Assembly (NCBI GenBank): GCA_964016885.1
Contig: OZ024750.1
Coordinates: 38,626,001 to 38,690,000 of the forward strand
Direction of reading: 5' to 3'
DNA from: Eledone cirrhosa
Taxonomy: Eukaryota
Length of the DNA stretch: 64,000 nt
Shown here: positions 15,101 through 29,274 of the stretch, one piece after another
How the letters are laid out: each line of letters begins with the position of its first letter
Numbering within the stretch: position 1 is the stretch's first letter
Position numbers and translations under genes: made by a program
The notes under the pieces: generated by a model
Seen by the model: the letters and a program-made list of their open reading frames with translations, nothing else
What the model was told of the DNA's origin: nothing
Database searches by the model: none

Positions 15101-16110
15101 GTGTCTAGTAGTGTAGGTACAGGACAGTGTCTAGTAGTGTAGGTACAGGACAGTGTCTAGTAGTGTAGGTACAGGACAGTGTCTAGTAATGTAGGTACTG
15201 GACAGTGTCTAGTAATGTAGGTACTGGACAATGTCTAGTAATGTAGGTACTGGACAGTGTCTAGTAGTGTAGGTACAGGACAGTGTCTAGTAATGTAGGT
15301 ACAGGACAGTGTCTAGTAGTGTAGGTACAGGACAGTGTCTAGTAATGTAGGTATAGGACAGTGTCTAGTAATGTAGGTATTGGACAGTGTCTAGTAATGT
15401 AGGTACTGGACAGTGTCTAGTAATGTAGGTACTGGACAGTGTCTAGTAATGTAGGTACTGGACAGTGTCTAGTAATGTAGGTACAGGACAGTGACTAGTA
15501 GTGTAGGTACAGGACAGTGACTAGTAATGTAGGTACTGGACAGTGTCTAGTAATGTAGGTACAGGACAGTGTCTAGTAATGTAGGTACTGGACAGTGTCT
15601 AGTAATGTAGGTACAGGACAGTGTCTAGTAATGTAGGTACTTGACAGTGTCTAGTAGTGTAGGTACTTGACAGTGTCTAGTAATGTAGGTACTGGACAGT
15701 GTCTAGTAATGTAGGTACAGGACAGTGTCTAGTGTACTGGAGAGTGTCTAGTAGTGTAGGCACTGGAGAGTGTCTAGTAATGTAGGTACAGGACAGTGTC
15801 TAGTAATGTAGGTACTGGACAGTGTCTAGTATGTAGGTACAGGACAGTGTCTAGTAATGTAGGTACAGGACAGTGTCTAGTAATGTAGGTACTGGACAGT
15901 GTCTAGTAATGTAGGTACTGGACAGTGTCTAGTAATGTAGGTACAGGACAGTGTCTAGTAATGTAGGTATAGGACAGTGTCTAGTAATGTAGGAACTGGA
16001 CAGTGTCTAATAGTGTAGGTACTGGACAGTGTCTTGTATGTAGGTACAGGACAGTGTCTAGTAGCGTAGCTACAGGACAGTGTCTAGTAATGTAGGTACT
16101 GGACAGTGTC
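1785..16110 (+). repeat. Large higher-order repeat, 3 copies of about 5064, 4188 and 5064 bp; the middle copy lacks 876 bp
   Basis: TACTCGAC at 2123/7187/11375, AGCGTATCT at 4326/8514/13578 and AGCGTAGCT at 6813/11001/16065. TACCCGAC occurs only at 3540/12792 (offset 9252 = 5064 + 4188). Confidence 0.9.
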
Positions 16111-19100
16111 GAGTAATGTAGGTACTGGACAGTGTGTAATAGTGTAGGTACTGGACAGTGACTAGTAATGTAGGTACTGGACAGTGTCTAATAATGTAGG
16201 TACAGGACAGTGTCTAGTAGTGTAGATACAGGACAGTGTCTAGTAATGTAGGTACTGGAAAGTGTCTAGTAATGTAGGTACAGGACAGTGTCTAATAGTG
16301 TAGGTACTGGACAGTGTCTAGTAATGTAAGTACAGGACAGTGTCTAGTAATGTAGGTACAGGATAGTGTCTAGTAATGTAGGTAGTGGACAGTGTCTAGT
16401 AATGTAGGTACAGGACAGTGTCTAGTAGTGTAGATACAGGACAGTGTCTAGTAATGTAGGTACAGGACAGTGTCTAGTAATGTAGGTACTGGACAGTGTC
16501 TAGTATGTAGGTACAGGACAGTGTCTAGTAATGTAGGTACAGGACAGTGTATAGTAATGTAGGTACTGGACAGTGTCTAGTAATGTAGGTACTGGACAGT
16601 GTCTAGTAATGTAGGTACAGGACAGTGTCTAGTAATGTAGGTATAGGACAGTGTCTAGTAATGTAGGAACTGGACAGTGTCTAATAGTGTAGGTACTGGA
16701 CAGTGTCTTGTATGTAGGTACAGGACAGTGTCTAGTAGCGTAGGTACAGGACAGTGTCTAGTAATGTAGGTACTGGACAGTGTCGAGTAATGTAGGTACT
16801 GGACAGTGTGTAATAGTGTAGGTACTGGACAGTGACTAGTAATGTAGGTAGTGGACAGTGTCTAATAATGTAGGTACAGGACAGTGTCTAGTAGTGTAGA
16901 TACAGGACAGTGTCTAGTAATGTAGGTACTGGACAGTGTCTAGTAATGTAGGTACAGGACAGTGTCTAGTGTACTGGAGAGTGTCTAGTAGTGTAGGCAC
17001 TGGAGAGTGTCTAGTAATGTAGGTACAGGACAGTGTCTAGTGTACTGGAGAGTGTCTAGTAGTGTAGGCACTGGAGAGTGTCTAGTAATGTAGGTACAGG
17101 ACAGTGTCTAGTAATGTAGGTACTGGACAGTGTCTAGTATGTAGGTACAGGACAGTGTCTAGTAATGTAGGTACAGGACAGTGTCTAGTAATGTAGGTAC
17201 TGGACAGTGTCTAGTAATGTAGGTACTGGACAGTGTCTAGTAATGTAGGTACAGGACAGTGTCTAGTAATGTAGGTATAGGACAGTGTCTAGTAATGTAG
17301 GAACTGGACAGTGTCTAATAGTGTAGGTACTGGACAGTGTCTTGTATGTAGGTACAGGACAGTGTCTAGTAGCGTAGCTACAGGACAGTGTCTAGTAATG
17401 TAGGTACTGGACAGTGTCGAGTAATGTAGGTACTGGACAGTGTGTAATAGTGTAGGTACTGGACAGTGACTAGTAATGTAGGTACTGGACAGTGTCTAAT
17501 AATGTAGGTACAGGACAGTGTCTAGTAGTGTAGATACAGGACAGTGTCTAGTAATGTAGGTACTGGAGAGTGTCTAGTAATGTAGGTACAGGACAGTGTC
17601 TAATAGTGTAGGTACTGGACAGTGTCTAGTAATGTAAGTACAGGACAGTGTCTAGTAATGTAGGTACAGGATAGTGTCTAGTAATGTAGGTAGTGGACAG
17701 TGTCTAGTAATGTAGGTACAGGACAGTGTCTAGTAGTGTAGATACAGGACAGTGTCTAGTAATGTAGGTACAGGACAGTGTCTAGTAATGTAGGTACTGG
17801 ACAGTGTCTAGTATGTAGGTACAGGACAGTGTCTAGTAATGTAGGTACAGGACAGTGTATAGTAATGTAGGTACTGGACAGTGTCTAGTAATGTAGGTAC
17901 TGGACAGTGTCTAGTAATGTAGGTACAGGACAGTGTCTAGTAATGTAGGTATAGGACAGTGTCTAGTAATGTAGGAACTGGACAGTGTCTAATAGTGTAG
18001 GTACTGGACAGTGTCTTGTATGTAGGTACAGGACAGTGTCTAGTAGCGTAGGTACAGGACAGTGTCTAGTAATGTAGGTACTGGACAGTGTCGAGTAATG
18101 TAGGTACTGGACAGTGTGTAATAGTGTAGGTACTGGACAGTGACTAGTAATGTAGGTAGTGGACAGTGTCTAATAATGTAGGTACAGGACAGTGTCTAGT
18201 AGTGTAGATACAGGACAGTGTCTAGTAATGTAGGTACTGGAGAGTGTCTAGTAATGTAGGTACAGGACAGTGTCTAGTAATGTAGGTATAGGACAGTGTC
18301 TAGTAATGTAGGTATTGGACAGTGTCTAGTAATGTAGGTACTGGACAGTGTCTAGTAATGTAGGTACTGGACAGTGTCTAGTAATGTAGGTACTGGACAG
18401 TGTCTAGTAATGTAGGTACAGGACAGTGACTAGTAGTGTAGGTACAGGACAGTGACTAGTAATGTAGGTACTGGACAGTGTCTAGTAATGTAGGTACAGG
18501 ACAGTGTCTAGTAATGTAGGTACTGGACAGTGTCTAGTAATGTAAGTACAGGACAGTGTCTAGTGTACTGGAGAGTGTCTAGTAGTGTAGGCACTGGAGA
18601 GTGTCTAGTAATGTAGGTACAGGACAGTGTCTAGTAATGTAGGTACTGGACAGTGTCTAGTATGTAGGTACAGGACAGTGTCTAGTAATGTAGGTACAGG
18701 ACAGTGTCTAGTAATGTAGGTACTGGACAGTGTCTAGTAATGTAGGTACTGGACAGTGTCTAGTAATGTAGGTACAGGACAGTGTCTAGTAATGTAGGTA
18801 TAGGACAGTGTCTAGTAATGTAGGAACTGGACAGTGTCTAATAGTGTAGGTACTGGACAGTGTCTTGTATGTAGGTACAGGACAGTGTCTAGTAGCGTAG
18901 CTACAGGACAGTGTCTAGTAATGTAGGTACTGGACAGTGTCGAGTAATGTAGGCACTGGACAGTGTGTAATAGTGTAGGTACTGGACAGTGACTAGTAAT
19001 GTAGGTACTGGACAGTGTCTAATAATGTAGGTACAGGACAGTGTCTAGTAGTGTAGATACAGGACAGTGTCTAGTAATGTAGGTACTGGAGAGTGTCTAG

Positions 19101-19800
19101 TAATGTAGGTACAGGACAGTGTCTAATAGTGTAGGTACTGGACAGTGTCTAGTAATGTAAGTACAGGACAGTGTCTAGTAATGTAGGTACAGGATAGTGT
19201 CTAGTAATGTAGGTAGTGGACAGTGTCTAGTAATGTAGGTACAGGACAGTGTCTAGTAGTGTAGATACAGGACAGTGTCTAGTAATGTAGGTACAGGACA
19301 GTGTCTAGTAATGTAGGTACTGGACAGTGTCTAGTATGTAGGTACAGGACAGTGTCTAGTAATGTAGGTACAGGACAGTGTCTAGTAATGTAGGTACTGG
19401 ACAGTGTCTAGTAATGTAGGTACTGGACAGTGTCTAGTAATGTAGGTATAGGACAGTGTCTAGTAATGTAGGAACTGGACAGTGTCTAATAGTGTAGGTA
19501 CTGGACAGTGTCTTGTATGTAGGTACAGGACAGTGTCTAGTAGCGTAGGTACAGGACAGTGTCTAGTAATGTAGGTACTGGACAGTGTCGAGTAATGTAG
19601 GTACTGGACAGTGTGTAATAGTGTAGGTACTGGACAGTGACTAGTAATGTAGGTAGTGGACAGTGTCTAATAATGTAGGTACAGGACAGTGTCTAGTAGT
19701 GTAGATACAGGACAGTGTCTAGTAATGTAGGTACTGGAGAGTGTCTAGTAATGTAGGTACAGGACAGTGTCTAATAGTGTAGGTACTGGACAGTGTCTAG
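15720..19800 (+). repeat. Higher-order duplication, period 1308 bp, with a third copy offset 1523 bp; each copy has two related halves about 674 bp apart
   Basis: AGCGTAGCT at 16065/17373/18896 and AGCGTAGGT at 16739/18047/19544. The GTCGAG - GTGTAATAG - GTAGATAC order is shared. Confidence 0.8.
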
Positions 19801-21369
19801 TAATGTAAGTACAGGACAGTGTCTAGTAATGTAGGTACAGGAGAGTGTCTAGTAATGTAGGTAGTGGACAGTGTCTAATAATGTAGGTACAGGACAGTGT
19901 ATAGTAATGTAGGTACAGGACAGTGTCTAGTTATGTAGGTACTGGACATTGTCTAGTAATGTAGGTACTGGACACTGTCTAGTAATGTAGGTACCGGACA
20001 GTGTCTAGTAATGTGGGTACAGAAGAGTGTCTAGTAATCTAGGTACTTGACAGTGTCTAGTAATGTAGGTACTGGACAGTGTCTAGTAATATAGGTACAG
20101 GACAGTGTCTAGTAATGTAGGTACAGGACAGTGTCTAGTTATGTAGGTACTGGACAGTGTCTAGTAATCTAGGTATTTGACAGTGTCTAGTAATGTTGGT
20201 ACTGGACAGTGTCTAGTAGTGTAGGTACAGGACAGTGTCTAGTAGTGTAGGTACAGGACAGTGTCTAGTTATGTAGGTACTGGACATTGTCTAGTAATGT
20301 AGGTACTGGACACTGTCTAGTAATGTAGGTACCGGACAGTGTCTAGTAATGTAGGTACAGAAGAGTGTCTAGTAATCTAGGTACTTGACAGTGTCTAGTA
20401 ATGTAGGTACTGGACAGTGTCTAGTAGTGTAGGTACAGGACAGTGTCTAGTAGTGTAGGTACAGGACAGTGTCTAGTAATGTAGGTACAGGACAGTGTCT
20501 AGTAATCTAGGTATTTGACAGTGTCTAGTAATGTTGGTACTGGACAGTGTCTAGTAGTGTAGGTACAGGACAGTGTCTAGTAGTGTAGGTACAGGACAGT
20601 GTCTAGTAATGTAGGTACTGGACAGTGTCGAGTAATGTAGGTACTGGACAGTGTGTAATAGTGTAGGTACTGGACAGTGACTAGTAATGTAGGTACTGGA
20701 CAGTGTCTAATAATGTAGGTACAGGACACTGTCTAGTAATGTAGGTACCGGACAGTGTCTAGTAATGTAGGTACAGAAGAGTGTCTAGTAATCTAGGTAC
20801 TTGACAGTGTCTAGTAATGTAGGTACTGGACAGTGTCTAGTAGTGTACGTACAGGACAGTGTCTAGTAGTGTAGGTACAGGACAGTGTCTAGTAATGTAG
20901 GTACAGGACAGTGTCTAGTAATCTAGGTATTTGACAGTGTCTAGTAATGTTGGTACTGGACAGTGTCTAGTAGTGTAGGTACAGGACAGTGTCTAGTAGT
21001 GTAGGTACAGGACAGTGTCTAGTAATGTAGGTACTGGACAGTGTCTAGTAATGTAGGTACTGGACAGTGTCTAGTAGTGTAGGTACAGGACAGTGTCTAG
21101 TAATGTAGGTACAGGACAGTGTCTAGTAGTGTAGGTACAGGACAGTGTCTAGTAATGTAGGTATAGGACAGTGTGTAGTAATGTAGGTACTGGACAGTGT
21201 CTAGTAATGTAGGTACTGGACAGTGTCTAGTAGTGTAGGTACAGGACAGTGTCTAGTAATGTAGGTACTGGACAGTGTTTAGTAATGTAGGTACTGGACA
21301 GTGTCTAGTAATGTAGGTACTGGACAGTGTCTAGTAATGTAGGTACAGGACAGTGACTAGTAATGTAGG

Positions 21370-24159
21370 TACAGGACAGTGTCTAGTAATGTAGGTACAG
21401 GACAGTGTCTAGTAATGTATGTACAGAAGAGTGTCTAGTAATCTAGGTACTTGACAGTGTCTAGTAATGTAGGTACTGGACAGTGTCTAGTAGTGTAGGT
21501 ACAGGACAGTGTCTAGTAGTGTAGGTACAGGACAGTGTCTAGTAGTGTAGGTACAGGACAGTGTCTAGTAATGTAGGTACTGGACAGTGTCTAGTAATGT
21601 AGGTACTGGACAATGTCTAGTAATGTAGGTACTGGACAGTGTCTAGTAGTGTAGGTACAGGACAGTGTCTAGTAATGTAGGTACAGGACAGGGTCTAGTA
21701 GTGTAGGTACAGGACAGTGTCTAGTAATGTAGGTATAGGACAGTGTCTAGTAATGTAGGTACTGGACAGTGTCTAGTAATGTAGGTACTGGACAGTGTCT
21801 AGTAATGTAGGTACTGGACAGTGTCTAGTAATGTAGGTACAGGACAGTGACTAGTAGTGTAGGTACAGGACAGTGACTAGTAATGTAGGTACTGGACAGT
21901 GTCTAGTAATGTAGGTACAGGACAGTGTCTAGTAATGTAGGTACTGGACAGTGTCTAGTAATGTAGGTACAGGACAGTGTCTAGGAATGTAGGTACTTGA
22001 CAGTGTCTAGTAGTGTAGGTACTTGACAGTGTCTAGTAATGTAGGTACTGGACAGTGTCTAGTAATGTAGGTACAGGACAGTGTCTAGTGTACTGGAGAG
22101 TGTCTAGTAGTGTAGGTACTGGAGAGTGTCTAGTAATGTAGGTACAGGACAGTGTCTAGTAATGTAGGTACTGGACAGTGTCTAGTATGTAGGTACAGGA
22201 CAGTGTCTAATAATGTAGGTACAGGACAGTGTCTAGTAATGTAGGTACTGGACAGTGTCTAGTAATGTAGGTACTGGACAGTGTCTAGTAATGTAGGTAC
22301 AGGACAGTGTCTAGTAATGTAGGTATAGGACAGTGTCTAGTAATGTAGGAACGGGACAGTGTCTAATAGTGTAGGCGCTGGACAGTGTCTAGTAATGTAG
22401 GTACTGGACAGTGTCGAGTAATGTAGGTACTGGACAGTGTGTAATAGTGTAGGTACTGGACAGTGACTAGTAATGTAGGTACTGGACAGTGTCTAATAAT
22501 GTAGGTACAGGACAGTGTCTAGTAGTGTAGATACAGGACAGTGTCTAGTAATGTAGGTACTGGAGAGTGTCTAGTAATGTAGGTACAGGACAGTGTCTAA
22601 TAGTGTAGGTACTGGACAGTGTCTAGTAATGTAAGTACAGGACAGTGTCTAGTAATGTAGGTACAGGATAGTGTCTAGTAATGTAGGTAGTGGACAGTGT
22701 CTAGTAATGTAGGTACAGGACAGTGTCTAGTAGTGTAGATACAGGACAGTGTCTAGTAATGTAGGTACAGGACAGTGTCTAGTAATGTATGTACAGAAGA
22801 GTGTCTAGTAATCTAGGTACATGACAGTGTCTAGTAATGTAGGTACTGGACAGTGTCTAGTAGTGTAGGTACAGGACAGTGTCTAGTAGTGTAGGTACAG
22901 GACAGTGTCTAGTAGTGTAGGTACAGGACAGTGTCTAGTAATGTAGGTACTGGACAGTGTCTAGTAATGTAGGTACTGGACAATGTCTAGTAATGTAGGT
23001 ACTGGACAGTGTCTAGTAGTGTAGGTACAGGACAGTGTCTAGTAATGTAGGTACAGGACAGGGTCTAGTAGTGTAGGTACAGGACAGTGTCTAGTAATGT
23101 AGGTATAGGACAGTGTCTAGTAATGTAGGTACTGGACAGTGTCTAGTAATGTAGGTACTGGACAGTGTCTAGTAATGTAGGTACTGGACAGTGTCTAGTA
23201 ATGTAGGTACAGGACAGTGACTAGTAGTGTAGGTACAGGACAGTGACTAGTAATGTAGGTACTGGACAGTGTCTAGTAATGTAGGTACAGGACAGTGTCT
23301 AGTAATGTAGGTACTGGACAGTGTCTAGTAATGTAGGTACAGGACAGTGTCTAGTAATGTAGGTACTTGACAGTGTCTAGTAGTGTAGGTACTTGACAGT
23401 GTCTAGTAATGTAGGTACTGGACAGTGTCTAGTAATGTAGGTACAGGACAGTGTCTAGTGTACTGGAGAGTGTCTAGTAGTGTAGGTACTGGAGAGTGTC
23501 TAGTAATGTAGGTACAGGACAGTGTCTAGTAATGTAGGTACTGGACAGTGTCTAGTATGTAGGTACAGGACAGTGTCTAATAATGTAGGTACAGGACAGT
23601 GTCTAGTAATGTAGGTACTGGACAGTGTCTAGTAATGTAGGTACTGGACAGTGTCTAGTAATGTAGGTACAGGACAGTGTCTAGTAATGTAGGTATAGGA
23701 CAGTGTCTAGTAATGTAGGAACTGGACAGTGTCTAATAGTGTAGGTGCTGGACAGTGTCTAGTAATGTAGGTACTGGACAGTGTCGAGTAATGTAGGTAC
23801 TGGACAGTGTGTAATAGTGTAGGTACTGGACAGTGACTAGTAATGTAGGTACTGGACAGTGTCTAATAATGTAGGTACAGGACAGTGTCTAGTAGTGTAG
23901 ATACAGGACAGTGTCTAGTAATGTAGGTACTGGAGAGTGTCTAGTAATGTAGGTACAGGACAGTGTCTAATAGTGTAGGTACTGGACAGTGTCTAGTAAT
24001 GTAAGTACAGGACAGTGTCTAGTAATGTAGGTACAGGATAGTGTCTAGTAATGTAGGAAGTGGACAGTGTCTAGTAATGTAGGTACAGGACAGTGTCTAG
24101 TAGTGTAGATACAGGACAGTGTCTAGTAATGTAGGTACAGGACAGTGTCTAGTAATGTA
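21370..24159 (+). repeat. Higher-order tandem duplication, period 1370 bp (53 units including one 19-mer and one 25-mer), 2 copies
   Basis: CAGGGTCT at 21692/23062, AATGTATG at 21420/22790 and 19-bp units at 22076/23446. About five point differences between copies. Confidence 0.85.
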
Positions 24160-27100
24160 GGTACTGGACAGTGTCTAGTATGTAGGTACAGGACAGTGTC
24201 TAGTAATGTAGGTACAGGACAGTGTATAGTAATGTAGGTACTGGACAGTGTCTAGTAATGTAGGTACTGGACAGTGTCTAGTAATGTAGGTACAGGACAG
24301 TGTCTAGTAATGTTGGTATAGGACAGTGTCTAGTAATGTAGGAACTGGACAGTGTCTAATAGTGTAGGTACTGGACAGTGTCTTGTATGTAGGTACAGGA
24401 CAGTGTCTAGTAGCGTAGGTACAGGACAGTGTCTAGTAATGTAGGTACTGGACAGTGTCGAGTAATGTAGGTACTGGACAGTGTGTAATAGTGTAGGTAC
24501 TGGACAGTGACTAGTAATGTAGGTAGTGGACAGTGTCTAATAATGTAGGTACAGGACAGTGTCTAGTAGTGTAGATACAGGACAGTGTCTAGTAATGTAG
24601 GTACTGGAGAGTGTCTAGTAATGTAGGTACAGGACTGTGTCTAATAGTGTAGGTACTGGACAGTGTCTAGTAATGTAAGTACAGGACAGTGTCTAGTAAT
24701 GTAGGTACAGGATAGTGTCTAGTAATGTAGGTAGTGGACAGTGTCTAATAATGTAGGTACAGGACAGTGTATAGTAATGTAGGTACAGGACAGTGTCTAG
24801 TTATGTAGGTACTGGACATTGTCTAGTAATGTAGGTACTGGACACTGTCTAGTAATGTAGGTACCGGACAGTGTCTAGTAATGTGGGTACAGAAGAGTGT
24901 CTAGTAATCTAGGTACTTGACAGTGTCTAGTAATGTAGGTACTGGACAGTGTCTAGTAATATAGGTACAGGACAGTGTCTAGTAATGTAGGTACAGGACA
25001 GTGTCTAGTTATGTAGGTACTGGACAGTGTCAAGTAATGTAGGTACTGGACACTGTCTAGTAATGTAGGTACCGGACAGTGTCTAGTAATGTAGGTACAG
25101 AAGAGTGTCTAGTAATCTAGGTACTTGACAGTGTCTAGTAATGTAGGTACTGGACAGTGTCTAGTAGTGTAGGTACAGGACAGTGTCTAGTAGTGTAGGT
25201 ACAGGACAGTGTCTAGTAATGTAGGTACAGGACAGTGTCTAGTAATCTAGGTATTTGACAGTGTCTAGTAATGTAGGTACAGGACAGTGTCTAGTAATGT
25301 AGGTACAGGACAGTGTCTAGTAGTGTAGGTACAGGACAGTGTCTAGTAATGTAGGTATAGGACAGTGTCTAGTAATGTAGGTACTGGACAGTGTCTAGTA
25401 ATGTAGGTACTGGACAGTGTTTAGTAATGTAGGTACAGGACAGTGACTAGTAATGTAGGTACAGGACAGTGTCTAGTAATGTAGGTACAGGACAGTGTCT
25501 AGTAATGTATGTACAGAAAAGTGTCTAGTAATCTAGGTACTTGACAGTGTCTAGTAATGTAGGTACTGGACAGTGTCTAGTAGTGTAGGTACAGGACAGT
25601 GTCTAGTAGTGTAGGTACAGGACAGTGACTAGTAGTGTAGGTACAGGACAGTGTCTAGTAATGTAGGTACTGGACAGTGTCAAGTAATGTAGGTACTGGA
25701 CAATGTCTAGTAATGTAGATACTGGACAGTGTCTAGTAGTGTAGGAACAGGACAGTGTCTAGTAATGTAGATACAGGACAGTGTCTAGTAGTGTAGGTGC
25801 AGGACAGTGTCTAGTAATGTAGCTATAGGACAGTGTCTAGTAATGTAGGTACTGGACAGTGTCTAGTAATGTAGGTACTGGACAGTGTCTAGTAATGTAG
25901 GTACAGGACAGTGACTAGTAGTGTAGGTACAGGACAGTGACTAGTAATGTAGGTACTGGACAGTGTCTAGTAATTAGGTACAGGACAGTGTCTAGTAATG
26001 TAGGTACAGGACAGTGTCTAGTAATGTAGGTACTTGACAGTGTCTAGTAGTGTAGGTACTTGACAGTGTCTAGTAATGTAGGTACTGGACAGTGTCTAGT
26101 AATGTAGGTACAGGACAGTGTCTAGTGTACTGGAGAGTGTCTAGTAGTGTAGGTACTGGAGAGTGTCTAGTAATGTAGGTACAGGACAGTGTCTAGTAAT
26201 GTAGGTACTGGACAGTGTCTAGTATGTAGGTACAGGACAGTGTCTAGTAATGTAGGTACAGGACAGTGTCTAGTAATGTAGGTACTGGACAGTGTCTAGT
26301 AATGTAGGTACTGGACAGTGTCTAGTAATGTAGGTACAGGACAGTGTCTAGTAATGTAGGTATAGGACAGTGTCTAGTAATGTAGGAACTGGACAGTGTC
26401 TAATAGTGTAGGTACTGGACAGTGTCTTGTATGTAGGTACAGGACAGTGTCTAGTAGCGTAGCTACAGGACAGTGTCTAGTAATGTAGGTACTGGACAGT
26501 GTCGAGTAATGTAGGTACTGGACAGTGTGTAATAGTGTAGGTGCTGGACAGTGACTAGTAATGTAGGTACTGGACAGTGTCTAATAATGTAGGTACAGGA
26601 CAGTGTCTAGTAATGTAGGTACAGGATAGTGTCTAGTAATGTAGGTAGTGGACAGTGTCTAGTAATGTAGGTACAGGACAGTGTATAGTAATGTAGGTAC
26701 AGGACAGTGTCTAGTTATGTAGGTACTGGACAGTGTCTAGTAATGTAGGTACTGGACACTGTCTAGTAATGTAGGTACCGGACAGTGTCTAGTAATGTGG
26801 GTACAGAAAAGTGCCTAGTAATCTAGGTACTTGACAGTGTCTAGTAATGTAGGTACTGGACAGTGTCCAGTAATATAGGTACAGGACAGTGTCTAGTAAT
26901 GTAGGTACAGGACAGTGTCTAGTTATGTAGGTACTGGACAGTGTCTAGTAATGTAGGTACTGGACACTGTCTAGTAATGAAGGTACCGGACAGTGTCTAG
27001 TAATGTAGGTACAGAAGAGTGTCTAGTAATCTAGGTACTTGACAGTGTCTAGTAATGTAGGTACTGGACAGTGTCTAGTAGTGTAGGTACAGGACAGTGT

Positions 27101-29274
27101 CTAGTAGTGTAGGTACAGGACAGTGTCTAGTAATGTAGGTACTGGACAGTGTCTAGTAATGTAGGTACTGGACAGTGTCTAGTAGTGTAGGTACTGGACA
27201 GTGTCTAGTAATGTAGGTACAGGACAGTGTCTAGTAGTGTAGGTACAGGACAGTGTCTAGTAATGTAGGTATAGGACAGTGTCTAGTAATGTAGGTACTG
27301 GACAGTGTCTAGTAATGTAGGTACTGGACAGTGTCTAGTAGTGTAGGTACAGGACAGTGTCTAGTAATGTAGGTACTGGACAGTGTCTAGTAATGTAGGT
27401 ACTGGACAGTGTCTAGTAATGTAGGTACTGGACAGTGTCTAGTAATGTAGGTACAGGACAGTGACTAGTAATGTAGGTACAGGTCAGTGTCTAGTAATGT
27501 AGGTACAGGACAGTGTCTAGTAATGTATGTACAGAAGAGTGTCTAGTAATCTACGTACTTGACAGTGTCTAGTAATGTAGGTACTGGACAGTGTCTAGTA
27601 GTGTAGGTACAGGACAGTGTCTAGTAGTGTAGGTACAGGACAGTGTCTAGTAGTGTAGGTACAGGACAGTGTCTAGTAGTGTAGGTACTGGACAGTGTCT
27701 AGTAATGTAGGTACTGGACAGTGTCTAGTAATGTAGGTACTGGACAGTGTCTAGTAGTGTAGGTACAGGACAGTGTCTAGTAATGTAGGTACAGGACAGT
27801 GTCTAGTAATGTATGTACAGAAGAGTGTCTAGTAATCTACGTACTTGACAGTGACTAGTAATGTAGGTACAGGATAGTGTCTAGTAATGTAGGTACAGGA
27901 CAGTGTCTAGTAATGTAGGTACTTGACAGTGACTAGTAATGTAGGTACTGGACAGTGTCTAGTAGTGTAGGTACAGGACAGTGACTAGTAGTGTAGGTAC
28001 AGGACAGTGTCTAGTATTGTAGGTACTGGACAGTGTCTAGTAATGTAGGTACAGGACAGTGACTAGTAGTGTAGGTACAGGACAGTGACTAGTAATGTAG
28101 GTACTGGACAGTGTCTAGTAATGTAGGTACAGGACAGTGTCTAGTAATGTAGGTACTTGACCGTGTCTAGTAATGTAGATACAGGACAGTGTCTAGTAAT
28201 GTAGGTACTTGACAGTGTCTAGTAGTGTAGGTACTTGACAGTGTCTAGTAATGTAGGTACTGGACAGTGTCTAGTAATGTAGGTACAGGACAGTGTCTAG
28301 TGTACTGGACAGTGTTTAGTAGTGTAGGTACTGGACAGTGTCTAGTAATGTAGGTACAGGACAGTGTCTAGTAATGTAGGTACTGGACAGTGTCTAGTAT
28401 GTAGGTACAGGACAGTGTCTAGTAATGTAGGTACAGGACAGTGTCTAGTAATGTAGGTACTGGACACTGTCTAGTAATGTAGGTACCGGACAGTGTCTAG
28501 TAATGTAGGTACAGAAGAGTGTCTAGTAATCTAGGTACTTGACAGTGTCTAGTAATGTAGGTACTGGACAGTGTCTAGTAGTGTAGGTACAGGACAGTGT
28601 CTAGTAGTGTAGGTACAGGACAGTGTCTAGTAATGTAGGTACAGGACAGTGTCTAGTAATCTAGGTATTTGACAGTGTCTAGTAATGTAGGTACTGGACA
28701 GTGTCTAGTAGTGTAGGTACAGGACAGTGTCTAGTAGTGTAGGTACAGGACAATGTCTAGTAATGTAGGTACTGGACAGTGTCTAGTAATGAAGATACTG
28801 GACAGTGTCTAGTAGTGTAGGTACAGGACAGTGTCTAGTAATGTAGGTATAGGACAGTGTCTAGTAATATAGGTACTGGACAGTGTCGAGTAATGTAGGT
28901 ACAGGACAGTGTGTAATAGTGTAGGTACTGGACAGTGTCTAGTAATGTAGGAACTGGACAGTGTCTAGTAGTGTAGGTACTGGACAGTGTCTAGTATGTA
29001 GGTACAGGACAGAGTCTAATAGTGTAGGTACTGGACAGTGTCTAGTAATGTAAGTACAGGACAGTGTCTAGTAATGTAGGTACAGGATAGTGTCTAGTAA
29101 TGTAGGTAGTGGACAGTGTCTAGTAATGTAGGTACAGGACAGTGTATAGTAATGTAGGTACAGGACAGTGTCTAGTTATGTAGGTACTGGACTGTGTCTA
29201 GTAATGTAGGTACTGGACACTGTCTATTAATGTAGGTACCGGACAGTGTCTAGTAATGTAGGTACAGAAGAGTG

